NCBI GenBank assembly: GCA_965202785.1
Contig: OZ241855.1
Span: forward strand, 992,001 to 1,056,000
DNA from: Thermodesulfobacteriota bacterium
GTDB taxonomy: Bacteria; Desulfobacterota_D; UBA1144; Nemesobacterales; Nemesobacteraceae
Direction of reading: 5' to 3'
DNA: 64,000 nt
Part shown: in pieces, positions 19,258 through 30,376 of the stretch
Numbering within the stretch: position 1 is the stretch's first letter
Layout: the number at the start of each line of letters is the position of its first letter
Made by a program: the position numbers and the translations under genes
The notes under the pieces: model-generated
Told to the model about the DNA's origin: nothing
Databases searched by the model: none
Seen by the model: the letters and a program-made list of their open reading frames with translations, nothing else

Positions 19258-21552
19258 TTGTCAAGCGATAAAACTGACGAACTCGGAATCGAAGAGAGTT
19301 CAAAGCAGAAGCAGATACGGAGAAGAAAGCTCTACGATAGGCTGGCGAGACGCGTGGTATTTGTCGGCGGTGCGGGAATCATCTTCTGTATCATAGCCAT
19401 ACTTTTTTTCATAGGGATCGAGACCGTTCCTCTGTGGAAAAGTCCCGGGAAAAAGCTCGAAAGCGTTTCGGAAATGAAGGACCGTCTGGGCTCCGCGGCG
19501 GTCGCCGACAGAGTACGTATTTTCGATGTAGGAGTGGATGAGTACAGAGAGCAGTTTTTCACGGTAGACTCTCTCGGGTCGGTACGCTTTTTCACCCTCG
19601 AAGAAGAACCTAAGCTTATTAAGGCCCACACGGTCTCTCACGAGACAACAGGTTACACATCTTTTTACAACTCCCGAAGCAACACGTCCTATGCGATTGC
19701 CGACAGGGAAGGTTACGTGGTTCCGTTCGAGGTGAGTTTCAGAGTCGAGTTCCGCGAGGGAACCGAAAGAACCGTAGTATCGAGGGTTACGGAGGGAGAG
19801 GCTCTCCGGATAACGGAAGAACCGATAGAAATCTTCGCCTATCAGAGTTCGCCCGAAACAGGAGCCCCCGTGGTTGTGGCCTACACGGCTTCCGGGCGCC
19901 TTCTTGCATACGCCGAGGTTGAGGAGGAAGGGTTTTTAGGCGAGAGCCAAACCGAGGTTTTTACGACCGATCTTGCCGGGGAGCTTGGAGGAGCGGTGGT
20001 CACCGGAGTGCAGGTCGATTCCGAAGCGGAGAACCTCTACGTCTCTACAGCAAACGGGAAGCTTTATCACTGGTCGCTTTCAGATCCCTCTTCTCCGGAA
20101 CTCAAATCCACGCTTGCGGCTACAGCGGATCCCGGGGTGGCAGTTACTGAAATAGGGTTCCTTCTGGGTCACCGTTCCCTCATTGTCGGTGACGCCGCGG
20201 GAAACGTGAGCGTGTGGTTTGAGACCACGGGCGGCGGCGGGGAAAGCAAACTTGCGAAGATACACGTTCTCCCCCCGCTTCCCGCTGCGGTTGACAGGTT
20301 TTCCGCGTCGCAGAGAGGAAGGGGCTTTCTGGCTTCCGATACTTCTGGAAACATAGCCCTCTACCAAGCCACTTCCGCCACGAAGCAGCTTGATTTTCCG
20401 GGCCGGGGAAAGCCTTACGCGGGGCTCAGCTTTTCTCCGAAGGCAAACGGGGTGGTGGCCGTAGATTCCGACATGGTGCTTTCAAGCTACTATCTTGACA
20501 ATCCGCACCCCGAGACGAATTTCCACACTCTTTTCGGAAAAGTATGGTATGAGGGCTACGACAAGCCCCGGTACGTGTGGCAGTCAACGGGGGGAACGGA
20601 CGAGTTCGAGCCCAAGTTCAGCCTGACACCGCTTGCCTACGGAACTCTGAAAGGCGCCATTTACACGATGATACTTTCTATTCCGCTTGCGGTCCTCGCG
20701 GCAATCTGCGTCTCGCAGTTCCTCCATCCCTCCATAAGGAATGTGGTGAAGCCCGTGATAGAGGTGATGGCGGCGCTTCCAAGCGTGGTGCTCGGTTTTC
20801 TCGCGGGTCTATGGCTTGCGCCGCTGCTTGAGAAAATCTTTGTTGCGACCCTGATAATGCCGTTTATTGTGATCAGTCTTACCCTTCTTGCGCTTTTCCT
20901 CTGGTACCGTCTTCCGTTCTCGCTCTCCGGGAGGTTCCGGGTGGGGGCTGAGCTTTTCACGCTTGTGGGTGTGATAGGGATCGCGGCTGCGCTTTCTCTG
21001 TGGTTAAACGGTCCGCTTGAGAGCCTTATTTTCGCAGGGGATTTCAGGGACTGGTTTTTCAGAATGTTCGATCTTCGCTACGACCAGAGAAACATGCTGG
21101 TCGTGGGATTCGCGATGGGCTTTACCGTGATCCCCATAATATTCACCATCTCCGAAGATGCGCTCTCAAGCGTTCCGAGGACTCTTTCTTCGGGATCTTT
21201 GGCCTTGGGAGCCAACAGGTGGCAGACGGCCATGAGGATAGTTGTGCCTGCCGCGAGCGCCGGAATATTCTCGGCCATCATGATAGGTTTCGGAAGAGCC
21301 GTGGGAGAGACGATGATCGTGCTCATGGCCACGGGGAACACCCCGGTTATGGACTGGAGCTTTTTTAACGGCTTCCGGGCGCTTTCTGCCAACATAGCGG
21401 TTGAGCTTCCCGAGGCTCCGCACGGGGGGACGCTCTACAGGGTGCTTTTCCTGACAGCGATTCTGCTGTTTGTGGTCACCTTTTTGCTTAATACCCTGGC
21501 GGAGATTCTCAGCCAGAGACTGAGGAGGAAGTACGCGCAGTCCGATGCCTAA
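19258..21552 (+). CDS. pstC: Phosphate ABC permease, long form with extracytoplasmic beta-rich domain
   Basis: KVWYEGY...WQSTGGTDEFEPKFSLTPL, LPSVVLGF, GRAVGETM. Confidence 0.93.
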   Translation: MSSDKTDELGIEESSKQKQIRRRKLYDRLARRVVFVGGAGIIFCIIAILFFIGIETVPLWKSPGKKLESVSEMKDRLGSAAVADRVRIFDVGVDEYREQFFTVDSLGSVRFFTLEEEPKLIKAHTVSHETTGYTSFYNSRSNTSYAIADREGYVVPFEVSFRVEFREGTERTVVSRVTEGEALRITEEPIEIFAYQSSPETGAPVVVAYTASGRLLAYAEVEEEGFLGESQTEVFTTDLAGELGGAVVTGVQVDSEAENLYVSTANGKLYHWSLSDPSSPELKSTLAATADPGVAVTEIGFLLGHRSLIVGDAAGNVSVWFETTGGGGESKLAKIHVLPPLPAAVDRFSASQRGRGFLASDTSGNIALYQATSATKQLDFPGRGKPYAGLSFSPKANGVVAVDSDMVLSSYYLDNPHPETNFHTLFGKVWYEGYDKPRYVWQSTGGTDEFEPKFSLTPLAYGTLKGAIYTMILSIPLAVLAAICVSQFLHPSIRNVVKPVIEVMAALPSVVLGFLAGLWLAPLLEKIFVATLIMPFIVISLTLLALFLWYRLPFSLSGRFRVGAELFTLVGVIGIAAALSLWLNGPLESLIFAGDFRDWFFRMFDLRYDQRNMLVVGFAMGFTVIPIIFTISEDALSSVPRTLSSGSLALGANRWQTAMRIVVPAASAGIFSAIMIGFGRAVGETMIVLMATGNTPVMDWSFFNGFRALSANIAVELPEAPHGGTLYRVLFLTAILLFVVTFLLNTLAEILSQRLRRKYAQSDA

Positions 21553-23161
21553 ACTCTGGAAAGCAGGCGACTCCTACATATGGATATCGGGACTTGCCCT
21601 CATGGTCACGCTAGTGATGATAGGGGGGCTTCTGTTCCTGATAGCCACAAAGGGTCTGGGCTCGATGTGGCCGGCGGACATAGGACGCTACGAGCTTAGA
21701 GACGGTTCTACTTACTTGGGGAAGTTTCGCGCGAGAGAATCCGTGCGGGGAGGGGACGGCGTGAGGGGCTCCGAGTTCCGCGTCAAGCTCAAGATAGGAA
21801 ACAGGGATGTCTACGGCCTTGACTTCAGGTGGATAGACGAGGCGGACATAGCGTCGCGCGACTATCCCAACGATGCGGTGGTCCTTGAGCGACGCGAGTG
21901 GGGAGATTACCACGGCTACTTAAAAGAGATAAGAAAAAACGGCGAAGTAATCCCGGGCGGGAATCCAGACGCTTTCTCGATGCTTCTGGGTCTGATACGC
22001 GACGCGAACAGGATACACGAGAGGATACTCAAGATAGAAAAAGGGGAGATAGGAGACATAAACTACGGAATCGAGCGGCAGCGTCTAAAGCTCCGCGGCC
22101 TTTCAGTGCGCGGCGAGGATAATCCGGCGAAGGAGGCCGAGTACCGCCTGAGAATAAGAGAGTACGAGCAGCGCTACGAGGCAAGCGAGTCGAAACTTGA
22201 AACACTCTATGCGGAGCTTTCGAGAAACGAGGTGGTGATGCTCTCAGCTGGTGGAGACGAGAAGGTAGTGCCGCTTGGAAAGATCGTCATGGCTCATCGC
22301 CCAAACGATATGGGATTTACGGCGAAAACCGGTTTTTACATAAAAAGATTCTGGGGATTTGTCTCCGATAACCCGAGGGAAGCCAATACTGAGGGTGGGA
22401 TATTCCCCGCCATTTTCGGCACGGTACTCATGGTGCTTATCATGAGCATAGTGGTCATGCCCTTCGGAATCGTAGCGGCGCTTTACCTGCGGGAATACGC
22501 CAGACAAGGAGTGATGGTGAGAGTAGTCAGAATATGCGTTAACAACCTTGCGGGTGTTCCCTCCATAGTGTTCGGGGTTTTCGGAGTGGGATTTTTTCTC
22601 TACGGAATAGGGGGCATAATCGACGCGGTGTTTTTCAAAGAGGCTCTCCCAAGCCCGACTTTTGGTACGGGAGGAATACTGTGGGCGTCGCTTACCCTCG
22701 CTCTCCTCACTGTTCCGGTGGTGATAGTTGCGACTGAGGAGGGACTCGCGGCAGTTCCGAGAAACATTAGGGAGGGGTCTCTTGCGCTCGGTGCCACAAA
22801 GTTCGAGACTATCTGGAAGGTTGTTATCCCGAGTGCGCTTCCGGCCATACTCACGGGTCTTATCCTCGCAGTCGCCCGGGCCACGGGGGAGGTGGCGCCA
22901 CTTATGATAACGGGGGTCGTTAAGCTTGCGCCTGATCTTCCCATAGACGGGCACTTTCCCTTTCTTCACCTTGAGAGAAAGTTCATGCATCTGGGATTCC
23001 ACATATACGATCTCGGCTTTCAGTCTCCAAACGCCGAGGCTGCGAAACCCATGGTTTTCATGACTGCATTTCTGCTCATACTGATAGTGGTTGTGCTTAA
23101 CATAACGGCGATAATAATAAGAAACAGGCTAAGGAAAAAATATGCGACTTCCGCGGTGTAG
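21545..23161 (+). CDS. pstA: Phosphate ABC permease
   Basis: PREANTEGGIFPAIFGT, NLAGVPSIVFG, ARATGEVAPL. Confidence 0.95.
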   Translation: MPKLWKAGDSYIWISGLALMVTLVMIGGLLFLIATKGLGSMWPADIGRYELRDGSTYLGKFRARESVRGGDGVRGSEFRVKLKIGNRDVYGLDFRWIDEADIASRDYPNDAVVLERREWGDYHGYLKEIRKNGEVIPGGNPDAFSMLLGLIRDANRIHERILKIEKGEIGDINYGIERQRLKLRGLSVRGEDNPAKEAEYRLRIREYEQRYEASESKLETLYAELSRNEVVMLSAGGDEKVVPLGKIVMAHRPNDMGFTAKTGFYIKRFWGFVSDNPREANTEGGIFPAIFGTVLMVLIMSIVVMPFGIVAALYLREYARQGVMVRVVRICVNNLAGVPSIVFGVFGVGFFLYGIGGIIDAVFFKEALPSPTFGTGGILWASLTLALLTVPVVIVATEEGLAAVPRNIREGSLALGATKFETIWKVVIPSALPAILTGLILAVARATGEVAPLMITGVVKLAPDLPIDGHFPFLHLERKFMHLGFHIYDLGFQSPNAEAAKPMVFMTAFLLILIVVVLNITAIIIRNRLRKKYATSAV

Positions 23162-23179
23162 TTTAATAGTGTATAAGTA

Positions 23180-24055
23180 GTGGAGGAAGATTTAATGCTG
23201 TCTGGAGAACCGATGGAGAGACAAGAATTCAGAGCCCCGGAGACAAACGGATCCGTCCCGGCTCCCAAGGCCAAGAAACTGAAGAGGGTAAAGGCCGTCC
23301 CCCACCCTCTGGTTGAAGTTGAGGACCTGAATCTTTTTTACGGCAAAAAGCAGGCCCTTCAGGATATCAACATGAACATCCCGAAAAACCGGGTAACGGC
23401 TTTTATAGGCCCTTCGGGCTGCGGCAAATCCACTCTGCTTCGCTGCTTTAACCGCTTAAACGATCTCATTGATGACTGCAGGATCGAAGGGGAGATATCG
23501 ATTAACGGGAAAAGCATATTCGATTCCGATGTTGACATCACCGACCTTAGAAAAAGGGTCGGCATGGTGTTTCAGAAATCAAACCCGTTCCCGAAATCGA
23601 TCTACGAGAACGTTGCCTACGGGGCTAGGATAGCAGGGATCAACAAGAAATCCGTTCTTGACGATATCGTGGAGAAAAACCTCAAGCGCTCTGCCCTCTG
23701 GGACGAGGTAAGCGACAGGCTTAACGACAGCGCCATGAGTCTTTCGGGGGGTCAGCAGCAAAGACTCTGCATCGCAAGAGCCATAGCTGTGGAGCCGGAC
23801 GTGCTTTTGATGGATGAGCCGTGCTCGGCACTTGATCCCATAGCGACTGCTAAGATAGAGGACTTGGTTACGGAGCTTAAAAGCAAGTTCACCATAGTGA
23901 TCGTGACCCACAACATGCAGCAGGCCGCCCGCGTTTCGGATTACACGGCCTTTATGTACATAGGCGACATAGTGGAGTTTGATACCACGGAGAAGATATT
24001 CCTTAATCCCGCCAAAAAGCACACCGAGGACTACGTCTCGGGCAAGTTCGGCTAG
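23180..24055 (+). CDS. pstB: Phosphate ABC ATP-binding protein
   Basis: [41 protein letters not shown]. Confidence 0.97.
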   Translation: MEEDLMLSGEPMERQEFRAPETNGSVPAPKAKKLKRVKAVPHPLVEVEDLNLFYGKKQALQDINMNIPKNRVTAFIGPSGCGKSTLLRCFNRLNDLIDDCRIEGEISINGKSIFDSDVDITDLRKRVGMVFQKSNPFPKSIYENVAYGARIAGINKKSVLDDIVEKNLKRSALWDEVSDRLNDSAMSLSGGQQQRLCIARAIAVEPDVLLMDEPCSALDPIATAKIEDLVTELKSKFTIVIVTHNMQQAARVSDYTAFMYIGDIVEFDTTEKIFLNPAKKHTEDYVSGKFG

Positions 24056-24066
24056 GGGGTGTTCCA

Positions 24067-24747
24067 ATGAGGCGATCACGGATGATAAAGTACGAAGAGG
24101 AACTCACGCTCCTTAACAGGAAGCTGCTTGAGATGGCGTCGCTTGTCGAGAGCCGCATCGCGAAGAGCATGAAGGCTCTTCGGGAAGGGAACATGATTTT
24201 GGCTCAGGAAGTGATCAGCACCGACGAGCAGATAAACGCGATGGAGATCGAGATAGATAACCTCTGCGTGAAGATCCTGGCCCTTTACCAGCCCGAGGCC
24301 AAGGATCTTCGTACCGTCACCATGATAATGAAGGTTAACAACGATCTTGAGAGAATAGGGGATCACGCCTCTAGCATCTCGCGGATGGCCATCTTCATGT
24401 CCGACTACCCGCCTATAAAACCGCTTGTGGACATTCCGAAGATGGCGGACAAGGCAATGGAGATGCTGAGGGAAAGCCTTGACGCGTTTATAAGAAGAGA
24501 TGCGAAACTCGCCGTGGAGGTCTGTCGCAAAGACGACGAGGTCGATAACTACGAGCCCCAGATAGTTAGGGAGCTCATAACCTTCATAATGTCGGATCCC
24601 TCAACGCTTAACCGGGCTCTTCGCTATATCTACGTCGCAAGGCACCTTGAGAGGGTGGCGGATCTCGCGACGAACATAGCGGAGAACGCCTACTACATAG
24701 CTACCGGAGAGATGCTTAAGCACCAGCACACTTCGGAGATGAACTGA
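24067..24747 (+). CDS. phoU: Phosphate signalling protein PhoU
   Basis: QPEAKDLR, DLERIGDHA, LERVADLATNIAE. Confidence 0.96.
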   Translation: MRRSRMIKYEEELTLLNRKLLEMASLVESRIAKSMKALREGNMILAQEVISTDEQINAMEIEIDNLCVKILALYQPEAKDLRTVTMIMKVNNDLERIGDHASSISRMAIFMSDYPPIKPLVDIPKMADKAMEMLRESLDAFIRRDAKLAVEVCRKDDEVDNYEPQIVRELITFIMSDPSTLNRALRYIYVARHLERVADLATNIAENAYYIATGEMLKHQHTSEMN

Positions 24748-24755
24748 CCGCCGTT

Positions 24756-26123
24756 TTACTGCTCGGTCCGTGGAAGCTCAACCGTAAAAGTGCTTCCCTC
24801 TCCTTCCGTGCTTCTAACTTCTATGGTTCCCCCGTGCTGTATGACTATGTGCTTCACTATGCTGAGGCCAAGCCCCGTCCCGCCTATTTCTCTTGAGCGG
24901 TTCTTATCCACCCTGTAGAACCTCTCGAATATCCTTTCTTGATGCTCGGGGGGAATTCCGATTCCGTTGTCTTCAACCTCTATGCGGAGGGTGCCGTTTA
25001 GGGTTGCGGCGCGTACAGACACCGAGCCATTTTGCGGGGTGTACTTGGCCGAGTTCTCAACAAGATTGATGATCATGCGCTCCACGAGGAATCTGTTTGC
25101 CCTGTAGGGGGGCATGCCGACCTCAATTTCAAGCGAGAGAGCGACTCTGTTTTTTGAGAAAAGAGAGCCAAGCGAGCCCACGGAGCGGACAATTGTTTCC
25201 TCTATGTCGATCTCTTCGTATCCTTTCCTTGAGTCCCGGGGGTCTGCCTCCCCGCTTTCAAGTTCCGAGAGCACCAGCAGGTCGGAGGCTATTGCTATCA
25301 GCCTGTCGGTGTTTTCCTCTATTATTTCGAGAAATTCCTTTTTCTCCTCGTCTGTGTCGTAGCTTTTGTCAAGGAGCGTTTCTATGTACCCCTTTATGGA
25401 CGTAAGCGGGGTTCTTAGCTCGTGGGAGACGTTCGCCACGAAATCCGCCTTTATCCGCTCAAGGTTCTTGAATTCCGTTATGTCGAAGATGACCACTATG
25501 ATTTCCCTGTAGCGGGGACTTACTCTGACGCTTACAAGATACGATCTTTCCTTGGGATAGAGAACGGAGATTTCCTGAGTAGCCGATTTCTTCTTTCGCT
25601 GCATGCGGGAGATGAGTCCCTGGAGGTCCGGGTTTCTTACGGTTTCCATGTAGGGGCGGCCGATTGCTGCGTCGTCTATCGTGAACATTTCCTTTGCGGC
25701 GTCGTTTACGAGCAGGAGGTTCTCTTCCCTTGATATCACTATAACCCCTTCCCTCATGGATTCGATTATGCTTTTGAGCTGGTTTCCCTCCCTCTCGGTT
25801 TCGCGCATCTGAAGGGAAATTCTCTCAGATAGCTCGCTTATGGAGATTGAGACTCCCGTTTCGAAGCCGCCTACCTTGCGCCCTGTCTTTCGGGCCTTTT
25901 TCTGTCGTTCCGGCAGAAGCTCAAGCGCCTTTGATATCCTCGAGAAGTCCTTTAGGACGTCTCTCTCGATGATACAGCAGAGGACGAATCCGAATACAAC
26001 GAATGCTGCTGTGTACGCGATGTAGCCTAGGGTCCCGCTGCCAGGGGAGAGCAGCACGGCAAGCAGCGCCGCGGCGGCGGCGAGGCAGAGCAGGTAGAGA
26101 AAATGTTTTCTGAATATCTTCAA
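24756..26123 (-). CDS. phoR: Sensor histidine kinase PhoR-like (2 TM, PAS, HisKA, HATPase)
   Basis: DFVANVSHELRTPLTSIKGY, IFERFYRVDK.RSR..GGTGLGLSIVKH; pho context. Confidence 0.88.
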   Translation of the reverse strand: MKIFRKHFLYLLCLAAAAALLAVLLSPGSGTLGYIAYTAAFVVFGFVLCCIIERDVLKDFSRISKALELLPERQKKARKTGRKVGGFETGVSISISELSERISLQMRETEREGNQLKSIIESMREGVIVISREENLLLVNDAAKEMFTIDDAAIGRPYMETVRNPDLQGLISRMQRKKKSATQEISVLYPKERSYLVSVRVSPRYREIIVVIFDITEFKNLERIKADFVANVSHELRTPLTSIKGYIETLLDKSYDTDEEKKEFLEIIEENTDRLIAIASDLLVLSELESGEADPRDSRKGYEEIDIEETIVRSVGSLGSLFSKNRVALSLEIEVGMPPYRANRFLVERMIINLVENSAKYTPQNGSVSVRAATLNGTLRIEVEDNGIGIPPEHQERIFERFYRVDKNRSREIGGTGLGLSIVKHIVIQHGGTIEVRSTEGEGSTFTVELPRTEQ

Positions 26124-26818
26124 ACCGGTTGGATCTCTTCTAGCTTGTAACCGATTCCTCTAACGGTCTTTATCATCTTGCCGGCGGAACCGAGTTTTTC
26201 TCTCAGGTTTTTTATGTGAACGTCTATAGTCCTGTCAAAAACCACCCTTTCATCTCCCCAGAGGGTCTTTCTTTTGAGCAGCTGATCACGGGTGAACACC
26301 TTTCCCTCCGCCTCCCCCAGAGTCTCAAGTATTCTGAACTCGGTTGTGGTAAGCTCGATTTTCCGCGAGTCAACCGAAACCTCGTAGCTTGCCGGGTCTA
26401 TTCTGAGAGAGCCGATCCGAAGCGCCCCGTCCCCAGAATTTTTCATCGCATATCTTCTCAAGAGGCTTTTTACCCTGGCGACGAGCTCCCGGGTCCGGAA
26501 GGGCTTTACTATGTAGTCGTCGGCGCCGAGTTCAAGACCCACTACTACGTCGGCCTCGGTGGATTTTGCTGTGATCATTATTATAGGTATTGACTCCGTC
26601 GAGGGTTTGCTTTTAAGTATCCTGCAGAGTTCAAGGCCGTCCATGCCGGGGAGCATGATGTCGAGCAGCACGAGATCGGGCGGGACGGAATTTATGTAGA
26701 GCAGAAAGTCCTTTCCGCTCTGAAAGGGTTTTACCTGGTACCCCTCGCGCTTTAAGTGATGGGTTATCAGGTTAAGTATGTCCTTTTCGTCATCTACTAC
26801 CGCTATGAGTTTTCTCAT
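26120..26818 (-). CDS. phoB: OmpR-family response regulator PhoB/PhoP
   Basis: VVDDE, LLDIMLPG, GADDYIVKPF, RTIDVHIKNLREKL, TVRGIGY. Confidence 0.88.
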   Translation of the reverse strand: MRKLIAVVDDEKDILNLITHHLKREGYQVKPFQSGKDFLLYINSVPPDLVLLDIMLPGMDGLELCRILKSKPSTESIPIIMITAKSTEADVVVGLELGADDYIVKPFRTRELVARVKSLLRRYAMKNSGDGALRIGSLRIDPASYEVSVDSRKIELTTTEFRILETLGEAEGKVFTRDQLLKRKTLWGDERVVFDRTIDVHIKNLREKLGSAGKMIKTVRGIGYKLEEIQPV

Positions 26819-26877
26819 CTGTGTTCCTTCTTAATTTACAGAATACAAATGCGTACATCAATTGCGTACCAAGGCCT

Positions 26878-26895
26878 CTTAACATAGAACTAACA
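26878..26895 (+). promoter_or_regulatory. Putative Pho box (two repeats)
   Basis: CTTAACA-TAGA-ACTAACA, 11-bp period, between phoB and the porin gene. Confidence 0.6.
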
Positions 26896-26984
26896 ATTTA
26901 TTTATTCTGAATTAATCATTCACGCATATCATTAGGTCAGAGTTGTTAAAAGCAGAGCAACAAACACATCAAGGAGGATATGAG

Positions 26985-28259
26985 ATGAGATTTTTAGCAG
27001 TTTTAGCCGTGTCTTTTGTGACGCTGCTTTCCTTTATGCCTGTTCCCGCTCAGGCCGGCGGCGATATGAGCATCGAGGAACAGATTCAGGAACTGAAAAA
27101 GCAGATAGAGAGGCTCGAGGAGCAGAGCCAGCAGATGAACATGAAGATGTACGAGGCCACGGACTCCAAGGCCTGGTACAACAAGATAAAGGTCAAGACC
27201 AAAAAAGGCACAGGTCTTACTTTCCAGACCGCGGACAAGAACTACAAGATGAGGATGAGGCTTCGCGGCCAGTTCTTGACTAATTACATAAATCCTGACG
27301 GAGAAGATGACGAAGGTCTCGGTTTCAGGGTAAGAAGGCTCAGGGTAACGTGGGACGGTAACGCCTTTGCCCCGTGGATGAAATACAAGGTTCAGTACGA
27401 TTTCGGAAGAACTGGTGAACTCAAGGACATGAAGCTTTCGTTCGCAAAGAACAAGATGTTCGTTCCCACGGTGGGCCAGTACAAGGTTCCGTTTAACAGA
27501 GAGGTTCTTAACTCTTCATCCGCACTTCAGGTCGTAGGCCGCTCGATCATAACCGACTACTTTGAGTACGACAGGGATATCGGTGTAGGCGCTTACGGTC
27601 TTCTGGGCGGCGGGAAGCTCCGCTACGACTTAGGTCTTTTCCAGGGAGAGGGCACAAACACCAAGAACGACAAGGGTGATACCGGTATGATCTGGGCTGC
27701 CAGGGTTCAGGCGGCCGTTATCGGCGGAAAAGCCAAGAAGGTAAAAGAGAATTTCACCAAGAAGCCCACGCTCATGATTGGAGCCGCTGTCGCGGGCATA
27801 GATGTTGAAGATGGAAGTGACGGCAATATCGGAATTCCATCCGGAGAGAGGGCGCTTGAAAATGGTACGGTTACTTCCTTAACGGCAGATATAAACTACA
27901 GGGACCCGAGGTTTAACCTTACCGGTGAGTATATCGGAAGGTGGGCCAATCCCGATGAAGGCGGAGTAGGTACTGCCTATGATCAGGGTTTCAGGGTTCA
28001 GGGCGGTTTCTTCGTGATTCCGAAAAAGGTTGAGGTTGCCTCCAGGTACGCGATGGTAATGTTTGACACTGACGCAGGAGTTCTCGGGGGAAATGATCTT
28101 GACAATGTCTGGACGTTCACGCAGGGGCTTAACTACTACCTCAGCGGCAATCACAAGTGGAAGATACAGCTTGACTACACGTTCCAGAGAGAAGAGGATC
28201 TCGCTGGCGCAGAGTCTGATGAATCGATGGTAAGAGCGCAGGTTCAGGCCTACTTCTAG
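26985..28259 (+). CDS. OprO/OprP-like phosphate-selective porin
   Basis: Signal peptide, coiled coil, FRVRRLR, GQYKVPF.RE, C-terminal Phe; AAGGAGG SD; pho context. Confidence 0.85.
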   Translation: MRFLAVLAVSFVTLLSFMPVPAQAGGDMSIEEQIQELKKQIERLEEQSQQMNMKMYEATDSKAWYNKIKVKTKKGTGLTFQTADKNYKMRMRLRGQFLTNYINPDGEDDEGLGFRVRRLRVTWDGNAFAPWMKYKVQYDFGRTGELKDMKLSFAKNKMFVPTVGQYKVPFNREVLNSSSALQVVGRSIITDYFEYDRDIGVGAYGLLGGGKLRYDLGLFQGEGTNTKNDKGDTGMIWAARVQAAVIGGKAKKVKENFTKKPTLMIGAAVAGIDVEDGSDGNIGIPSGERALENGTVTSLTADINYRDPRFNLTGEYIGRWANPDEGGVGTAYDQGFRVQGGFFVIPKKVEVASRYAMVMFDTDAGVLGGNDLDNVWTFTQGLNYYLSGNHKWKIQLDYTFQREEDLAGAESDESMVRAQVQAYF

Positions 28260-28311
28260 AACCCGCGCGAAGGAACAAGTTTTTTTCTCCTTCCTTTTAA
28301 TCTGTTAGGCC

Positions 28312-28351
28312 AAAGCCCCTCGCTCCGGAGACGGTGCGAGGGGCTTTTTTT
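28312..28351 (+). terminator. Rho-independent terminator
   Basis: AAAGCCCCTCGC...GCGAGGGGCTTT followed by a T run. Confidence 0.9.
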
Positions 28352-28407
28352 GTTCATGCTCGGGCACGGTTAATTAATTCCGCCCCATCGGTTAGGATTA
28401 ACCGCAA

Positions 28408-29028
28408 ATGACAAGAGTAAAGGTATGCGGAATAACTAACTCGGAGGACGCGCTCTGTGCGGTGCGGCTGGGAGCAATGGCGCTCGGTTTTGTTTTCTAC
28501 CAAAAAAGCCCGAGATTCATTAGCCCCGAAGAGGCGGGAGAAGTAATAAGACAGATTCCCCCATTTGTAACCAAGGTGGGGGTTTTCGTAAATGCCGAGG
28601 CGGATTACCTGAAGGAAGCAAGGGACGTTGCAGGTTTTGACGTCTATCAGTTCCACGGGGATGAGACCCCGGAGTTCTGCGCCGCGTTCGCAGAGAACTA
28701 CATAAAGGCAATAAGGGTTAAGGACGCGGAAAGCCTTCATGCGGTGGAACTCTACGATACGGACGCTTTTCTTTTCGATACCTACTCGCCGGATGCCTAC
28801 GGAGGCACTGGAGAGAATTTCTCGTGGGACGTTCTTTCCCGCCGGAAACTTGAGGATAAATTCGTTATACTTTCCGGAGGACTTAACTCGGATAACGTGC
28901 GAGACGCTATACGGGCGGTGAATCCCTACGCCGTTGACGTGAGTTCCGGGGTTGAAAGCTCGCCGGGGATAAAAGATCATCTTAAACTTAAGCGGTTCAT
29001 GGAGGCCGCAAGTTATGGGCAAGGCTAA
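28408..29028 (+). CDS. trpF: Phosphoribosylanthranilate isomerase
   Basis: [26 protein letters not shown]. Confidence 0.96.
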   Translation: MTRVKVCGITNSEDALCAVRLGAMALGFVFYQKSPRFISPEEAGEVIRQIPPFVTKVGVFVNAEADYLKEARDVAGFDVYQFHGDETPEFCAAFAENYIKAIRVKDAESLHAVELYDTDAFLFDTYSPDAYGGTGENFSWDVLSRRKLEDKFVILSGGLNSDNVRDAIRAVNPYAVDVSSGVESSPGIKDHLKLKRFMEAASYGQG

Positions 29029-30214
29029 CCGGAAATACAGCTACCCTGATACGGGAGGTCATTTCGGAGACTTCGGCGGCCGCTACGTCTCAGAAACCCT
29101 GATGCCCGCTCTGATTGAGCTCCAAAGGGCTTACGAGGAAGCCGCAGCTGACGAGACTTTTCACGAGGAGATTGATTACTACCTGAAGCAGTACGCAGGA
29201 AGGCCCACTCCGCTTTATTACGCCCGTGCGATGACAGAGAGTCTCGGAGGCGCCAAGGTTTACCTTAAAAGAGAGGATCTTGCCCACACTGGCGCGCACA
29301 AGATAAATAACACGATAGGTCAGGGGGTTCTCTGCGGGAGGATGGGCAAAGACAGGATAATAGCTGAAACCGGAGCGGGACAGCATGGGGTTGCCACGGC
29401 TACTGTTGCGGCGCTTTTGAACAAGGAATGCGTGATATACATGGGGGAGGAGGACACGAAACGCCAAGAGCTTAATGTTTTCCGTATGAAGCTTCTGGGT
29501 GCTGAGGTAAGGCCCGTGGTCTCGGGCACGAAAACACTCAAAGACGCCATGAACGAGGCCATGAGAGACTGGGTTACGAACGTGAGGAACACCTTTTACA
29601 TAATAGGAAGTGTCGCCGGTCCCCATCCCTACCCCATGATGGTAAGGGATTTTCAATCCGTGATCGGGCATGAGGCGATAGAGCAGATACTCGCCGCGGA
29701 AGGAAAGTTCCCCGACACCTTGGTTGCCTGCGTTGGGGGCGGCTCAAACGCCATGGGTCTTTTCTTCCCCTTCATAGAGGAATCCGGGGTAAGGAAGATC
29801 GGTGTGGAGGCGGCGGGCCATGGTCTTGAGAGTGGCCTTCACTCCGCGACCATAACTGCGGGCTCGGTAGGGGTTCTTCACGGAAGCAAAACCTACCTGC
29901 TCCAGGACGAAGACGGCCAGGTAAAGGGAGCCCATTCCGTTGCCGCCGGCCTTGACTACCCTGGCGTGGGTCCCGAGCATTCGTATTTCCAAGACGCGGG
30001 CGAGGTCGATTACGTTTCTGTAACGGACGAAGAAGCGCTCTCGGCGTTTTCCTATCTCTCGGAAGTAGAGGGAATAATACCCGCGCTTGAGACTGCCCAC
30101 GCAATAGCACACGTGCGCAAAATCGCTCCGTCCATGTCTCCAGAGCAGATTATAGTTATCTGTCTCTCCGGCAGAGGGGATAAAGACATACATACCGCTT
30201 CCTCTCTTATATGA
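29015..30214 (+). CDS. trpB: Tryptophan synthase beta chain
   Basis: [37 protein letters not shown]. Confidence 0.98.
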   Translation: MGKANRKYSYPDTGGHFGDFGGRYVSETLMPALIELQRAYEEAAADETFHEEIDYYLKQYAGRPTPLYYARAMTESLGGAKVYLKREDLAHTGAHKINNTIGQGVLCGRMGKDRIIAETGAGQHGVATATVAALLNKECVIYMGEEDTKRQELNVFRMKLLGAEVRPVVSGTKTLKDAMNEAMRDWVTNVRNTFYIIGSVAGPHPYPMMVRDFQSVIGHEAIEQILAAEGKFPDTLVACVGGGSNAMGLFFPFIEESGVRKIGVEAAGHGLESGLHSATITAGSVGVLHGSKTYLLQDEDGQVKGAHSVAAGLDYPGVGPEHSYFQDAGEVDYVSVTDEEALSAFSYLSEVEGIIPALETAHAIAHVRKIAPSMSPEQIIVICLSGRGDKDIHTASSLI

Positions 30215-30253
30215 AGCGATTCGGACTGACCGGTTTTTCTGGTTTTTCTCCCC

Positions 30254-30293
30254 TGTCAACCCGCTTGACAATACCCATACGCGCGTATATAAA
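30254..30293 (+). promoter_or_regulatory. Internal sigma70 promoter upstream of trpA
   Basis: TTGACA(30265)-N17-TATAAA(30288). Confidence 0.7.
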
Positions 30294-30376
30294 GCTTCCG
30301 AAGGTTGGAGGTTCGTTTTTATTCTGTTTGCTTGCGATTTCTGCGTTTCCAGGCTGCCGGCTTCTTATAAAAGCAC

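Noticed and set aside
22244-23002. 252-aa minus-strand ORF
   Set aside because: Antisense to pstA; no recognisable protein features
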